Shown here: positions 47,890-57,848 of the stretch, piece after piece
Layout: each line of letters opens with the position of its first letter
Position numbering within the stretch: position 1 is the stretch's first letter
Assembly: GCA_049517415.1 (NCBI GenBank)
Contig: JBEKSC010000002.1
Location: 96,001 to 160,000 of the forward strand
Direction of reading: 5' to 3'
DNA: 64,000 nucleotides
Source of the DNA: Candidatus Bathyarchaeia archaeon
GTDB lineage: Archaea; Thermoproteota; Bathyarchaeia; 40CM-2-53-6
Made by a program: the position numbers and the translations under genes
Notes under the pieces: generated by a model
What the model saw: only the letters and a program-made list of their open reading frames with translations
Database searches by the model: none
What the model was told of the DNA's origin: nothing

Positions 47890-48498
47890 CTAGGGCGCGA
47901 CGGGCAAGATTTGAATTAAAGACTTCAATGGGACGCCATCAATCTTCGTCTTACCACTCTTATTGACCAAGACAAGAACGCCTACAGGCTTGGCCTTCGC
48001 CTTTCGCAAAGTCTGTATCGCTGCCCTATGAGTCTGACCGGCCCGTAGAACGGCGTCTACAATCAGCACCTTCTTTCCGGCAACTTTGTGAAACGAGGGG
48101 TTGACCAAACCTGGCAGTTTCTTATGTGCTACACGTGGGGGGCGAACGGCCGCGAATGGCTTGTCGAGTTCTTTGGCTATAGCCACGCTGAGAACCATCC
48201 CACTCCCTTCAACCGCAACAATCACGTCAGGTTCACCAAACTCCAATGCACGAACCGATTCCCGAATTAAATCCGCTAACGCCGAAGCAACAGCAGCCAT
48301 TCGCTTTCCATGCGCGCCTATAGTGCTCCAGTCAACGAAAACGTCATGGGGCGGAGGTCTCGAAGCTCGCTCCTTACCTTTCAACAGTAACCAGACGACT
48401 GTGTCTGGCTGAACCTTCAATTCGTCGGCTATCTCATACGTTGACAGCCCTCTGGACTTTAGTTCCTGCGTCCGTTTGACCAATTCACGCGAGGCCAT
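47890..48498 (-). CDS. PyrE-like (orotate PRTase-like, GfcR-type) protein with N-terminal HTH
   Basis: GLSTYEIADELKV..TVVWLL, DVFVDWS.IG, degenerate PRPP loop. Confidence 0.85.
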   Translation of the reverse strand: MASRELVKRTQELKSRGLSTYEIADELKVQPDTVVWLLLKGKERASRPPPHDVFVDWSTIGAHGKRMAAVASALADLIRESVRALEFGEPDVIVAVEGSGMVLSVAIAKELDKPFAAVRPPRVAHKKLPGLVNPSFHKVAGKKVLIVDAVLRAGQTHRAAIQTLRKAKAKPVGVLVLVNKSGKTKIDGVPLKSLIQILPVAP

Positions 48499-48548
48499 TC
48501 AGTCGAACCCACACCACGCTATCATTGACCGAGGTCTTATAAGAGGTA

Positions 48549-49583
48549 ATGAGCCACTCAACTCCTTCGCAACACCCCCGCGCAGTCACCGAAGGAAAGA
48601 TGTCGTTGGTCGAAACTTCCCCCACAGCTAATACAGCTCAGAAGGATTCATTCGAAATTTCACGTCAAGAAGTTCGCGGGCCAATGAATTTGCAGGAAAC
48701 GGTCCTGAGCGCCCAAACCTCAGAACCTGAATGGGTAAGGGAAGGCGCGTCCTTTGTTGACATCGAAGAGTTGGATGGCACACCCGTCAAGTACACCTTA
48801 AGCCAGGTGGGGGGCGTGGATGATTTCAAACTCAATGTGAACGCAATTTCGCAAACGCACAATGAGCGAATGGCCGCTGGCCTACGGTCGCATTTGAAGC
48901 GTGTTCTCGGTTTAAGCGACAACTTGGAGTCATTCTACGATAAATTTACTCATGAAGCCGAACCGCTTCAGTCAACTTTCGCGCACCTTAGGGGCCTTCG
49001 CCTCATGCGCGGAACCAACCTCTATGAAAGCCTGATCTGCTCCATCCTCTCACAGAATAACTCAGCACTACTCTGGAACCGAACCGCGAGGCTTCTCATG
49101 CGCCTCTATGGCCACAGAGTTCATTTCTCCGACGGGACCACATCGTTCCTATTTCCGAGACCAGAAGCTATGGCTGCACTGAAGCCAAGAGAACTTCGCT
49201 CGAAGACATCCATGGGGTACAGGGCGAAGCCTGTCGTTCAGGTCTCCCGTTTGGTTGCCGCCGGGAAATTACCCCTCGATAACTTCCTTACGCAGCATTA
49301 TGACAAGGCTATGGAGGCACTCATTGACCTTCCCGGTGTTGGCCCTAAAGTTGCGGATTGCTTCCTACTATACGGGGCAGGTCGACTCGAAGCCGCCCCC
49401 GTCGACGTCTGGATTCATAGAGTAGTCACAAAGCTGTACTTTAGGGGGAGAAAGGTTAGCAGGCTCAAGACCGCACGGTTTCTGCGCGACCGCTTCGGAG
49501 AATGGGCGGGGTACGCGCAATTGTACCTCTTCGACTTCGCACGCCGCGGCGGCATCGGCAAGGCAACTAAAGCTAGCAAGTAG
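48549..49583 (+). CDS. 8-oxoguanine/AlkA-type HhH-GPD DNA glycosylase
   Basis: ILSQNN, GYRA, LPGVGPKVADC, PVDVW, AGYAQLYLF. Confidence 0.88.
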   Translation: MSHSTPSQHPRAVTEGKMSLVETSPTANTAQKDSFEISRQEVRGPMNLQETVLSAQTSEPEWVREGASFVDIEELDGTPVKYTLSQVGGVDDFKLNVNAISQTHNERMAAGLRSHLKRVLGLSDNLESFYDKFTHEAEPLQSTFAHLRGLRLMRGTNLYESLICSILSQNNSALLWNRTARLLMRLYGHRVHFSDGTTSFLFPRPEAMAALKPRELRSKTSMGYRAKPVVQVSRLVAAGKLPLDNFLTQHYDKAMEALIDLPGVGPKVADCFLLYGAGRLEAAPVDVWIHRVVTKLYFRGRKVSRLKTARFLRDRFGEWAGYAQLYLFDFARRGGIGKATKASK

Positions 49584-49596
49584 ATGATGGCGGTCT

Positions 49597-50124
49597 CTAG
49601 GCGTGGCGCCCCTTTGCGGCCTGTTTCTGTACAGGTTTTCGTTTCAACTTGGTTCCGCAGACTAAGCAGACCTGAGAATCTGCTTGAGCGTACCGCCTAT
49701 AGCAAGCGGGGCAATAGTAAGTCCAACTGAACTTCTCTCGGATTCCTAACGTGGCCAAGGGCTGGTAGGCTATACCAATCCCTTCCGCAACATTTTGCAC
49801 AGCATAATCGTCGCTCACAATGACAGGCGTCTTCCCCTCACTACGAAGTTCAAGTGCCAAGGCCAAGACGCCCGTATCCGCTTTCGAAAGCACCACTCTA
49901 TCCCCGAGTACCCTTGCCTTCTCAGCGACCTCCTCCAATGAAGCTGAGGTTGGACTCCGAATCCTAAGCTTCCCAGAAGACTTGGAAATCGCCAGCCTGT
50001 ATGACGGGCCGGTTTGTTCTCGCAATTCATCTGTAACCTCGGGAACCGAATAGCTTTCAAAATCAAGCCCAAGAGGGTCGAGGCCCATGATTAGGGCCGA
50101 AGTGTCTAGAACTAGAACTTTCAG
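49597..50124 (-). CDS. nob1: Nob1 rRNA-processing endonuclease (PIN + Zn ribbon)
   Basis: VLVLDTSA lies upstream of the track's ATG (50088); LSKAD, SDDYAVQN, CPAC..CLVCG; inferred CTG start. Confidence 0.88.
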   Translation of the reverse strand: MKVLVLDTSALIMGLDPLGLDFESYSVPEVTDELREQTGPSYRLAISKSSGKLRIRSPTSASLEEVAEKARVLGDRVVLSKADTGVLALALELRSEGKTPVIVSDDYAVQNVAEGIGIAYQPLATLGIREKFSWTYYCPACYRRYAQADSQVCLVCGTKLKRKPVQKQAAKGRHA

Positions 50125-50987
50125 AAACCTGCTCGCTCCATCTCGTGAAGGCGAGTTAGGCTTCCCAAGGGTGGGACGGGGCTTAACCGCACGAACACGG
50201 AGTAATGCTTAGCCTTGCGAACCGCCAACTTGACATCCTGGGAAAGCTCCCTTTGAAACCGCCCATCAGCGACGACGAGGGCCCTTAATTTTGGATTCGC
50301 CATTTGAATTGAAACAGACCTCTCCATCGACAGAACCGTCGGCCTCAAGAATTCAAGAGGGCAGATGAAAGTGACAACGAACGCATCCACCGTTGAATCA
50401 ACTACGGGCCCACCCGCTGAAAGAGCGTAAGCCGTGGATCCTGTAGCGGTCGAGACGATGAGCCCGTCTCCCCTGAACTGCAGAAAAGGCTCAGAATCAA
50501 CAGCAAGCCGGAGATCAAGCATCTTCGAGGGGCTTCCCGACGATACCACGAGCTCATTGAGCGCGTCGACCACGTGTGTTCCGTTTAGGTCGACGGCGAG
50601 TTTTGCGCGTTTTTCTAGCCTGCATTTGCCCTTAGCGAAGAGTTCTATGGCATGCTGAGCTTTAGTCGGTTCAACTTCAGTCAGGTAGCCGCGCCTTCCC
50701 ATGTTCACAGCTAGAATTGGTGTCTCCGGTTCGGGGATGGTCATTGTTGTTTTGAGGACTGTTCCGTCTCCTCCCACGGTTACGATAAGGTCTGCTTTGA
50801 GATCCGACAAGTCCTTACCGCCGCCTAGTCGGCCTCGTTTTGCCAATTCCAGTTCAGCTGTGACCGCTATACCCTTCTTCCTCAGCTGCTTAGCGAGGGT
50901 TGCCGCCACTTCAACGGCCTGCGGTTCATCGAGCCTAGAAACGAGGCCGACCTTCAAAGCCAATTTCGCTTCTCCGAGGGGAGACAC
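50121..50987 (-). CDS. nadK: NAD kinase
   Basis: GGDGT, LNE, GDG..STATGSTAYALSAGGP. Confidence 0.93.
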   Translation of the reverse strand: MSPLGEAKLALKVGLVSRLDEPQAVEVAATLAKQLRKKGIAVTAELELAKRGRLGGGKDLSDLKADLIVTVGGDGTVLKTTMTIPEPETPILAVNMGRRGYLTEVEPTKAQHAIELFAKGKCRLEKRAKLAVDLNGTHVVDALNELVVSSGSPSKMLDLRLAVDSEPFLQFRGDGLIVSTATGSTAYALSAGGPVVDSTVDAFVVTFICPLEFLRPTVLSMERSVSIQMANPKLRALVVADGRFQRELSQDVKLAVRKAKHYSVFVRLSPVPPLGSLTRLHEMERAGF

Positions 50988-51138
50988 TACCTGTCGTGAG
51001 GATAATTAAGTAATCCACTCAGGCCAAGGTTAGGTTTGGTTTCGCGAAACTTTGCGCGAAGGGCTGAATGACCAGACAAGCTTTTAGACGTAGAGGAGGC
51101 GTTAGGTGCTTTCGAGCTTAGCTTAAGGGCGAAGAAAA

Positions 51139-51534
51139 CTGAGCAAACCTGTAGACGTTGGGACCCTAAAGATCGGCCACTACGTAGTTGTGGATGGGGA
51201 ACCTTGCAAGATTGTTGAATATGAAAAATCAAAACCAGGCAAACACGGAGCCGCGAAGGCTAGAATTGTAGCCATCAGTGTTACAACTGGAACAAAGAAG
51301 AACGTAATCAGCCCTGTAGACGCACGCATTGAAGTTCCAATGATAGAGAAGAAAACGGGACAGGTACTCGCTTTCATGGGCAACAACGTTCAGATCATGG
51401 ACATGCAGTCCTACGAGACCTTCGAAACTCCAATGCCGGAGGAAGAGGAGATTAAAGCGAAACTGGCTCCAGGCGTCGAAGTTGAGTACTGGCAAATGCT
51501 GGGACAGAATAAGATAATGCGAACGAAGGGCTAA
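51139..51534 (+). CDS. eif5a: Translation factor aIF5A
   Basis: [12 protein letters not shown] hypusine site; homology extends upstream of 51190 to a CTG at 51139. Confidence 0.95.
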   Translation: MSKPVDVGTLKIGHYVVVDGEPCKIVEYEKSKPGKHGAAKARIVAISVTTGTKKNVISPVDARIEVPMIEKKTGQVLAFMGNNVQIMDMQSYETFETPMPEEEEIKAKLAPGVEVEYWQMLGQNKIMRTKG

Positions 51535-51569
51535 TTCTCCCGTTCCCACGCGCCTTAGGAGGCCCCCCG

Positions 51570-52499
51570 ATGCCTTTAGTCTCGCACATCAAACTGACGA
51601 AACGCATGTCACTTTCCGGCATTGCAAGGCAGATGGAATCGGTTAAAGTCCTTGGGCCCGGCCGTTTCGGGAAGGCAGTAACTATCCTTGGAGGCCTGTT
51701 TAGAGACGACGAGTGCGTCAAGCTGATTTCTCTTGCTGGCCCAATTGTCCCCGGAGGCCTTAGAACAATCATCGCAGACCTGATTGACGATGGCCTGCTA
51801 AATGGGGTCGTCACAACTGGCGCAAACGTAACACATGACATACTCGAAGCCCTAGGACATCGGCACATAGCGGGAACGGAACTGGCGGATGATAACAAAC
51901 TGAAACGTCAAGGGCTATCCAGAATCTACGACCTTCTAGTCACCCAGAAAGCAATCGAACACCTAGAGAAAGCAACTCACCGCATGCTCAACCGCATCCC
52001 AGAAACAAGACGCCGCAACATAGCCAGCTACGAGTTACTATGGGAATTCGGCAAGCAGATCAGGGACAGACGCTCGATTCTTCATATCGCATGGAAACGT
52101 AAAGTCCCCATCTTCTGCCCCGGCATTTTTGATTCAATGCTCGGGCTGAACCTGTGGACCTACAGCCGATTCAAGCCGCTCTTCATTAACCCGTTCAAGG
52201 ATTTCTCAAGGCTTGTTGACCTAACTTACGAGAGAAAGAGAGTTGGGGCAATAATCCTTGGTGGCGGAATGCCGAAACACCATGTCCTAATCGCAAACTC
52301 ATACAGGGGCGGCGTGGATGCAGCGATTCAAATAACACTCGACCGCCCCGAGGGTGGCGGTGCAAGCGGTGCACCTCTCGAAGAGGCGATTAGTTGGGGC
52401 AAAATCAAGACTCCTAATAGAATAGTCACGATCGTTGGAGACGCTACGGTGATATTCCCTTTGCTTACTCTAGCGGCCCTAGAGAGGATGGGGAAGTAG
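51570..52499 (+). CDS. dys: Deoxyhypusine synthase
   Basis: TTGANVTHD, GGGMPKH, SGAPLEEAISWGK; next to aIF5A. Confidence 0.92.
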   Translation: MPLVSHIKLTKRMSLSGIARQMESVKVLGPGRFGKAVTILGGLFRDDECVKLISLAGPIVPGGLRTIIADLIDDGLLNGVVTTGANVTHDILEALGHRHIAGTELADDNKLKRQGLSRIYDLLVTQKAIEHLEKATHRMLNRIPETRRRNIASYELLWEFGKQIRDRRSILHIAWKRKVPIFCPGIFDSMLGLNLWTYSRFKPLFINPFKDFSRLVDLTYERKRVGAIILGGGMPKHHVLIANSYRGGVDAAIQITLDRPEGGGASGAPLEEAISWGKIKTPNRIVTIVGDATVIFPLLTLAALERMGK

Positions 52500-52501
52500 G
52501 C

Positions 52502-52864
52502 TCATCTTAACCGTGGGATGTGGACTTCAAGGACGCCCCGTTTGAACCTCGTGGTAATTCTTTTCTCGTCAACGGAGACGGGCATGCGAATTCTGGCACG
52601 ATAACATGTGAATTCCCCATGCCTGTGCTTGGCGCCGAGGTCCCTGAACGTGATCTTCTTGTTGGTCTCCGCATAAACTTCTAAGGAATCATCCGTCGGG
52701 CAGTGCAGCTTAACCTGTTTGTGGTCCACGTATGGTAAATCGACGGTTAGAACGACCTCGTTGGCCGCCACGTACAGATTGTATAGAGGTTGGATGCATG
52801 CGGTGGCAGCGTTCCATCCTGACCCATGGGTGGAGAATTCGCCTTTCGGTTCAGAACTCATCAT
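52502..52864 (-). CDS. Hsp20/alpha-crystallin family protein
   Basis: VDLP, FKRGVLEVHIP. Confidence 0.85.
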   Translation of the reverse strand: MMSSEPKGEFSTHGSGWNAATACIQPLYNLYVAANEVVLTVDLPYVDHKQVKLHCPTDDSLEVYAETNKKITFRDLGAKHRHGEFTCYRARIRMPVSVDEKRITTRFKRGVLEVHIPRLR

Positions 52865-52867
52865 GAT

Positions 52868-53629
52868 TCACCCGTACATTGGCGGGAGATCGTATTCATG
52901 AGACTTGTCCATTTTGAGCATCTCTTCGTGGGTACGGTGCATCATATCCTTACTTTTCAAGCGTATTTCTTCCCCTCTCTTCAGAAGGTCGGAAACGTCA
53001 ACATTCAGACCGAGTATCTTGTTGACCGCGTTTATCGCAACCGCGGCTGCTTCAGGGTCGGGGTAGTTGTAGTAGGATTGGGTTAGCAGCGTGATTGCGG
53101 GAACGGATGCTTCAGCACATTTTTGGAGGATTAGCCCGTAAACGCCAACTATGTAACCTTCCTCTAAGACTTCAGCCGCCCCGCGAAGCCTCGACTCCAA
53201 CTCCTTACTTGAAAGCGCGGCAAACACTTTTGGAGCATCTATGTCCTGGCGGTTCGCAACAGCCATTCCACCCAAGGAGAGCATCAGCTTAGTGCTCTTT
53301 GTTCGAGCCCAGTCAACGATATCAGCCGCAAGTGGCCTGATGAGGCGGACTGGGATCGTTGTCTCAGAGATTAGGACAACCAAAGAGTTGTCTGCGAATA
53401 TGCGGATAGGTGCTTTCGGAAGGCCGCCGTGCAGAACGATCATTGGTGGAAGAAGGTCAGACTCGATAGCGCCCACCTCCTTTAACTTCAATTCACTAAT
53501 GATATGAGAAGCCGCCAGCAACCCGACAAGCCCTACATCGGGAAGGCCGTTCACAATGACCGCCCCCTTAGGAATCGAAGCGGATTCCAAAATGCGCAAA
53601 CCGTCTTTCCCAGATAGGCTATTGGACAT
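52868..53629 (-). CDS. PAC2 family proteasome assembly chaperone
   Basis: GLPDVGLVG, PIRIF, PDPEAA, C-terminal MYG. Confidence 0.9.
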   Translation of the reverse strand: MSNSLSGKDGLRILESASIPKGAVIVNGLPDVGLVGLLAASHIISELKLKEVGAIESDLLPPMIVLHGGLPKAPIRIFADNSLVVLISETTIPVRLIRPLAADIVDWARTKSTKLMLSLGGMAVANRQDIDAPKVFAALSSKELESRLRGAAEVLEEGYIVGVYGLILQKCAEASVPAITLLTQSYYNYPDPEAAAVAINAVNKILGLNVDVSDLLKRGEEIRLKSKDMMHRTHEEMLKMDKSHEYDLPPMYG

Positions 53630-53758
53630 CTCAAGACCCTTTTATGAAAACTGTGAGCTGAAGCCAGAGCAAGATTAGGGAGTAATTAAACGGTTCGCAG
53701 AAGTTACAAGAACTTTTAGGATGCATCAACCAACGCATCAACCGCATCGTGAAAATGC

Positions 53759-55099
53759 ATGAGTGCACTCGAAGGCCTAGGCAAATCGCTTAGCGACGCA
53801 ATGAAGAAACTACTGCGAATGGCGGTTGTTGACGAAAAAGCAGTCAAGGAACTTGTCCGCGACCTTCAACGGGCCCTCCTTCAATCTGACGTTAACGTTA
53901 ACCTGGTTATGCAGATCTCTCAAGCCGTCGAGAAGCGTTCACTCGAAGAAAAGCTGCCGCCTGGAATCTCACGCCGCGAACACGTCGTTAAGGTTCTCTA
54001 TGAGGAACTGACCCGATTCCTCGGCGAGGAACCGAGCAAACTCACTGTCGAACCCGGCAAAACCCAAGTTATCATGCTCGTTGGAATTCAGGGTACCGGG
54101 AAAACAACAGCCGCAGTGAAACTTTCACGCTTCTATCAAAAACGCGGTCTGCGCCCCGCGATAATCTGCGCCGACACCTACCGGCCAGGCGCCTTCGACC
54201 AGTTGAAGCAACTTGCTGACAAAGTTACCGTACCCGTTTACGGTGAACCGAATTCTAAGGATACGTTGAAAATAGTGAAAAAGGGCATGGAGCAATTCTC
54301 AAACCAAAAGTACGACCTGATCATCGTGGACACGGCAGGGCGTCACAAGGATGAAAAAGAACTGATGTCCGAGATGCGTGACCTAGCCAAACAGATTCAG
54401 CCCAACGAAATAATCCTCGCGATTGACGGCTCAATCGGCCAAGCTGCAATGTCCCAGGCGGCCGCCTTCAATGAGAGCACAAAGATCGGCTCGATTCTAG
54501 TAACAAAACTTGACGGGACGGCCAAAGGAGGAGGCGCACTCTCAGCCGTTGCCGCAACCCACGCCAAAATCAAATTTGTTGGAACGGGAGAAAAAATCGA
54601 TGACATTGAGCAGTTCATCCCATCGAGTTTTGTGGGACGCCTCCTCGGAATGGGCGACATCAAAGCATTGGTCGACAGGGTTCGTGAAGCAGAAATCGTC
54701 GTACCGCCGAAGAAAGCAAGGGCCTTCCTGGAGGGCAAGTTCACGTTGAAGGACATGTACGAGCAAATGGTCGCAGTTCGAAAAATGGGCCCCCTGAAGA
54801 AACTGGTTGGCATGATGCCTGGCGGAATGAACATACCCGACGACGCTATGGAGAACGCTGAGAAGAAACTCGACGCTTGGCGGGTCATCATCCAATCTAT
54901 GACGAAGGGTGAGATTGAGGACCCGAAACTCGTCGATTCCTCACGGGCGAGGAGAATCGCACATGGCTCAGGTACATCCGACAAGGACGTGAAAGAAATG
55001 GTGAATCAATACTTCATGATGAGGAAGATGATGAAGAGCATGAAGCGTCGCGGCGGCGCTTTCGGAAGGGGTAAAATGCCATTCCCAACACGGCCCTGA
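53759..55099 (+). CDS. srp54: Signal recognition particle protein SRP54
   Basis: GIQGTGKTT, DTAGR, TKLDGTAKGGG, Met-rich M domain. Confidence 0.97.
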   Translation: MSALEGLGKSLSDAMKKLLRMAVVDEKAVKELVRDLQRALLQSDVNVNLVMQISQAVEKRSLEEKLPPGISRREHVVKVLYEELTRFLGEEPSKLTVEPGKTQVIMLVGIQGTGKTTAAVKLSRFYQKRGLRPAIICADTYRPGAFDQLKQLADKVTVPVYGEPNSKDTLKIVKKGMEQFSNQKYDLIIVDTAGRHKDEKELMSEMRDLAKQIQPNEIILAIDGSIGQAAMSQAAAFNESTKIGSILVTKLDGTAKGGGALSAVAATHAKIKFVGTGEKIDDIEQFIPSSFVGRLLGMGDIKALVDRVREAEIVVPPKKARAFLEGKFTLKDMYEQMVAVRKMGPLKKLVGMMPGGMNIPDDAMENAEKKLDAWRVIIQSMTKGEIEDPKLVDSSRARRIAHGSGTSDKDVKEMVNQYFMMRKMMKSMKRRGGAFGRGKMPFPTRP

Positions 55100-55172
55100 A
55101 GGACGCGGAAAATATTCCAAGAAAGTTAATTAGCGTCCCTTCAGTCTCCTAGCAAATTTCAGGTCATGTCTC

Positions 55173-55466
55173 ATGGTAAGGCGCTCAAAGGGCTACCGCT
55201 CGAGGACGCGGAGCCTACTCCGGAAGAGACCTCGGGAGCGAGGAAAAATCGGCCTCAGCCGCATCCTCCGTACCTATAGCCCAGGCGAGAAAGTCACCAT
55301 CATGATTGAACCCTCCGTACACAAGGGCATGCCCCACAGACGCTATCATGGAAGGGTTGGAGTAATTCATGCCAGACGCGGAAAGTCATATGTGGTTCAT
55401 GTCACGATGGGTCGTCAGACGAAACAAATTATCGCCCGACCTGAACACATCACCCCCGTACGTTGA
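55173..55466 (+). CDS. rpl21e: 50S ribosomal protein L21e
   Basis: SKGYRSRTR, KGMPHRRYHG, RPEH. Confidence 0.96.
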   Translation: MVRRSKGYRSRTRSLLRKRPRERGKIGLSRILRTYSPGEKVTIMIEPSVHKGMPHRRYHGRVGVIHARRGKSYVVHVTMGRQTKQIIARPEHITPVR

Positions 55467-55811
55467 GTGAACCATTTGCCTAGGAAAATCATCGATTCTA
55501 AGCCCGCCACTACCTCCGAAGCAAAAAGAACCCTGGAACGCGCGAAGGAAGATGAGCTAGGAGAATTTCAGAGGCGCACACTTGACTACGCATCCAAGTT
55601 CGCCAGGATCTCACCCGCTAAAGCCGAGAAGCTTGTAAAGGAATTGGGAGAGAAGCATCAACTCGAGCGGAAGGATGCAATTCAGATTGCCAACACAATG
55701 CCAAGGTATACCGAAGAATTACGAACCATTCTTACGGTCAAAGGGCGAATAATCACGGGTACCCAATTGGAAGACATTCTGAAACTTCTCAACAGCTATC
55801 GAGAAGATTAG
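55467..55811 (+). CDS. rpoF: RNA polymerase subunit F (Rpo4)
   Basis: QRRTLDYASKF, IANTMP..EELRTIL; follows rpl21e. Confidence 0.9.
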   Translation: MNHLPRKIIDSKPATTSEAKRTLERAKEDELGEFQRRTLDYASKFARISPAKAEKLVKELGEKHQLERKDAIQIANTMPRYTEELRTILTVKGRIITGTQLEDILKLLNSYRED

Positions 55812-56013
55812 CCCACAACTAATTCTCGCTCTTAATTCCGGCGCATAAGGCAGGAAAACCTTTTTTCCCTCCGAACCCACACGTCCTAGTGGATATGCTG
55901 AACGTTGCCTGATTCCGGCGATTCCACATTTACCGTGATTGAAAAGGCACAGAGGCCAAACACCTACTTCCTTTAACGCGAAATCTTGTGCACCTACTTC
56001 TGGTGGAACAAAG

Positions 56014-56670
56014 ATGAGTGTGAATACAAAGAGTCCAGATGAGAATCGGGGCACCAGTTCGACTCACTCAGGGTTTAGGCCAACTACTGGAGGCGGTGGG
56101 GAGGGTGGCGTTCCACCGCGGCTTTACGAGGAGTACGCATACGTGCTGGATTTCTTGCAATTCGGCCGGCCTGGAACGGACAAGCCTAGGCACCTTGCCC
56201 TTCCAACGGTGCAGGTTATCGGTGAAACATACTTCACGCTTCTCGAGGCCGAAATCCGTGTAGGAACACAGGCAAACATTCACGAGCGCGTTTACATTGG
56301 AAAAGAGCGGCGAGAGAAAATTAACCGTATCATCGGAAGAATCAGCTACAACGACCTCACTGCGAATGCGAAGGCGGAGTTGCTTCCGGTGCTAGAAGAC
56401 CTGATCGCTAACCAAGAGCAAAGGTTCGTTTCCTTTTTCAATAATTCCCAAGCCATAACACCACGCATGCATGCACTGGAGCTGCTCCCGGGAATCGGAA
56501 AAAAATCGATGTGGCAAATAATAAACGCCAGGGAGAAAAACCCCTTCACCAGCTTCAAGGACGTTCAGGAGCGAACGAACGTAGGGGACCCCGTCAAGGT
56601 CGTCGCTAAACGAGTCTTGGACGAATTGGGCGGGGAAGAAAAGTACCGGGTTTTCTCGAGAGCGCTTTAG
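56014..56670 (+). CDS. DUF655 family RNA-binding protein
   Basis: EEYAYVLDFL, FTLLE, RMHALELLPGIGKK; ATG 56014 preferred over 55939. Confidence 0.9.
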   Translation: MSVNTKSPDENRGTSSTHSGFRPTTGGGGEGGVPPRLYEEYAYVLDFLQFGRPGTDKPRHLALPTVQVIGETYFTLLEAEIRVGTQANIHERVYIGKERREKINRIIGRISYNDLTANAKAELLPVLEDLIANQEQRFVSFFNNSQAITPRMHALELLPGIGKKSMWQIINAREKNPFTSFKDVQERTNVGDPVKVVAKRVLDELGGEEKYRVFSRAL

Positions 56671-56702
56671 ATACGACGTATGAATACTCCGAGAGAGCTG
56701 GT

Positions 56703-57803
56703 TTGCCCAACCGGGTAATCATGCACGTAGACCTCGACTACTTCTACGCCCAGTGTGAAGAGAACAAAAACCCAGATGTACGGGGAAAACCCGTCGTGGT
56801 TTGCGTTTACTCCGGCAGGACCGAGGATAGTGGTGTAGTCAGCACGTCCAATTACCTTGCCCGGAAATATGGGGTAAAGGCCGGCATACCCATCGCCCGC
56901 GCGAAGAAGATTCTTGAATCCTCGGGCGCGATTTTCTTTCCAATGAACCGCCCGCTATACGAACAAGTATCCGAGGGGGTAATGGAAATCTTGCGGGAAC
57001 ACGCTGACGCATTTGAAAAAGGGGGAATTGATGAGGCTTACCTAGAAATTTCAACTAGAACGAACGGCAAATTCGATCAGGCTGAAAACATCGCGAATGA
57101 AATTAAGCGGCAGATACTCACTGAAGAACAGATAACTTGTTCAATTGGAATCGCACCCAACAAACTCGTAGCCAAGATTGCATCCGACGAGAGAAAACCC
57201 GATGGACTCACCATGGTGAAGCCGGAAGAAGTCAGCAGTTTCTTGTCCGAATTGCCAGCCTCGAGGATACCTGGGGTAGGGAAGAAAGTAGAAGATAAAC
57301 TGAACCAAATGCAAGTCAAGACGATAGCTCAACTTTCTACAATCAGTCCCCCGATCTTGGTTGAAACCTTCGGGGAAAATTTAGGGGGGTATCTTTTCCA
57401 GGCCGCCCGAGGAGAGGACGACGAGCCGGTAAAGGAAAGGGAACAACCAACCCAGCTAAGCCGAATCGCTACCTTGAAGCGAAATACTCGAGAGCTACCA
57501 GAAATGCTCCCCCTCCTAAGCGAACTCGCAAATGCAACAACCGCCAAACTGAAAGAAAGAAGTATGATGTGCAAGTCGGTAGCAATCATAGCTATACTAA
57601 ACGACCTCTCTATTCACACAAAATCGAAAACATTGGAACAACCAACCGCAGACGAAAAAACCATTGTGAACGCTGCAGAGGAACTGATGAAGGAATTCTT
57701 GGAATCAATGCCCAGTGCTATCGTGCGAAGGACAGGAGTAAAGGTTTCCACATTGTCGAAGCTAACCGGGCAGACAGATATGTCTAATTTCCTGAAGGTG
57801 TAG
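56703..57803 (+). CDS. dinB: DNA polymerase IV (Dpo4/DinB)
   Basis: HVDLDYFYAQ, NYLAR, IDEAY, KPDG. Confidence 0.95.
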   Translation: MPNRVIMHVDLDYFYAQCEENKNPDVRGKPVVVCVYSGRTEDSGVVSTSNYLARKYGVKAGIPIARAKKILESSGAIFFPMNRPLYEQVSEGVMEILREHADAFEKGGIDEAYLEISTRTNGKFDQAENIANEIKRQILTEEQITCSIGIAPNKLVAKIASDERKPDGLTMVKPEEVSSFLSELPASRIPGVGKKVEDKLNQMQVKTIAQLSTISPPILVETFGENLGGYLFQAARGEDDEPVKEREQPTQLSRIATLKRNTRELPEMLPLLSELANATTAKLKERSMMCKSVAIIAILNDLSIHTKSKTLEQPTADEKTIVNAAEELMKEFLESMPSAIVRRTGVKVSTLSKLTGQTDMSNFLKV

Positions 57804-57848
57804 CTCCAAGGAAAGTCTACTACTCATCGCACCGTTGAGGAATTTGCC

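Noticed and set aside
53826..54984. Long antisense or alternate-frame ORFs (e.g. 54397-54984; also 2162-2662, 18238-18738, 20837-21325)
   Set aside because: Shadows of well-supported genes, with no motifs of their own.
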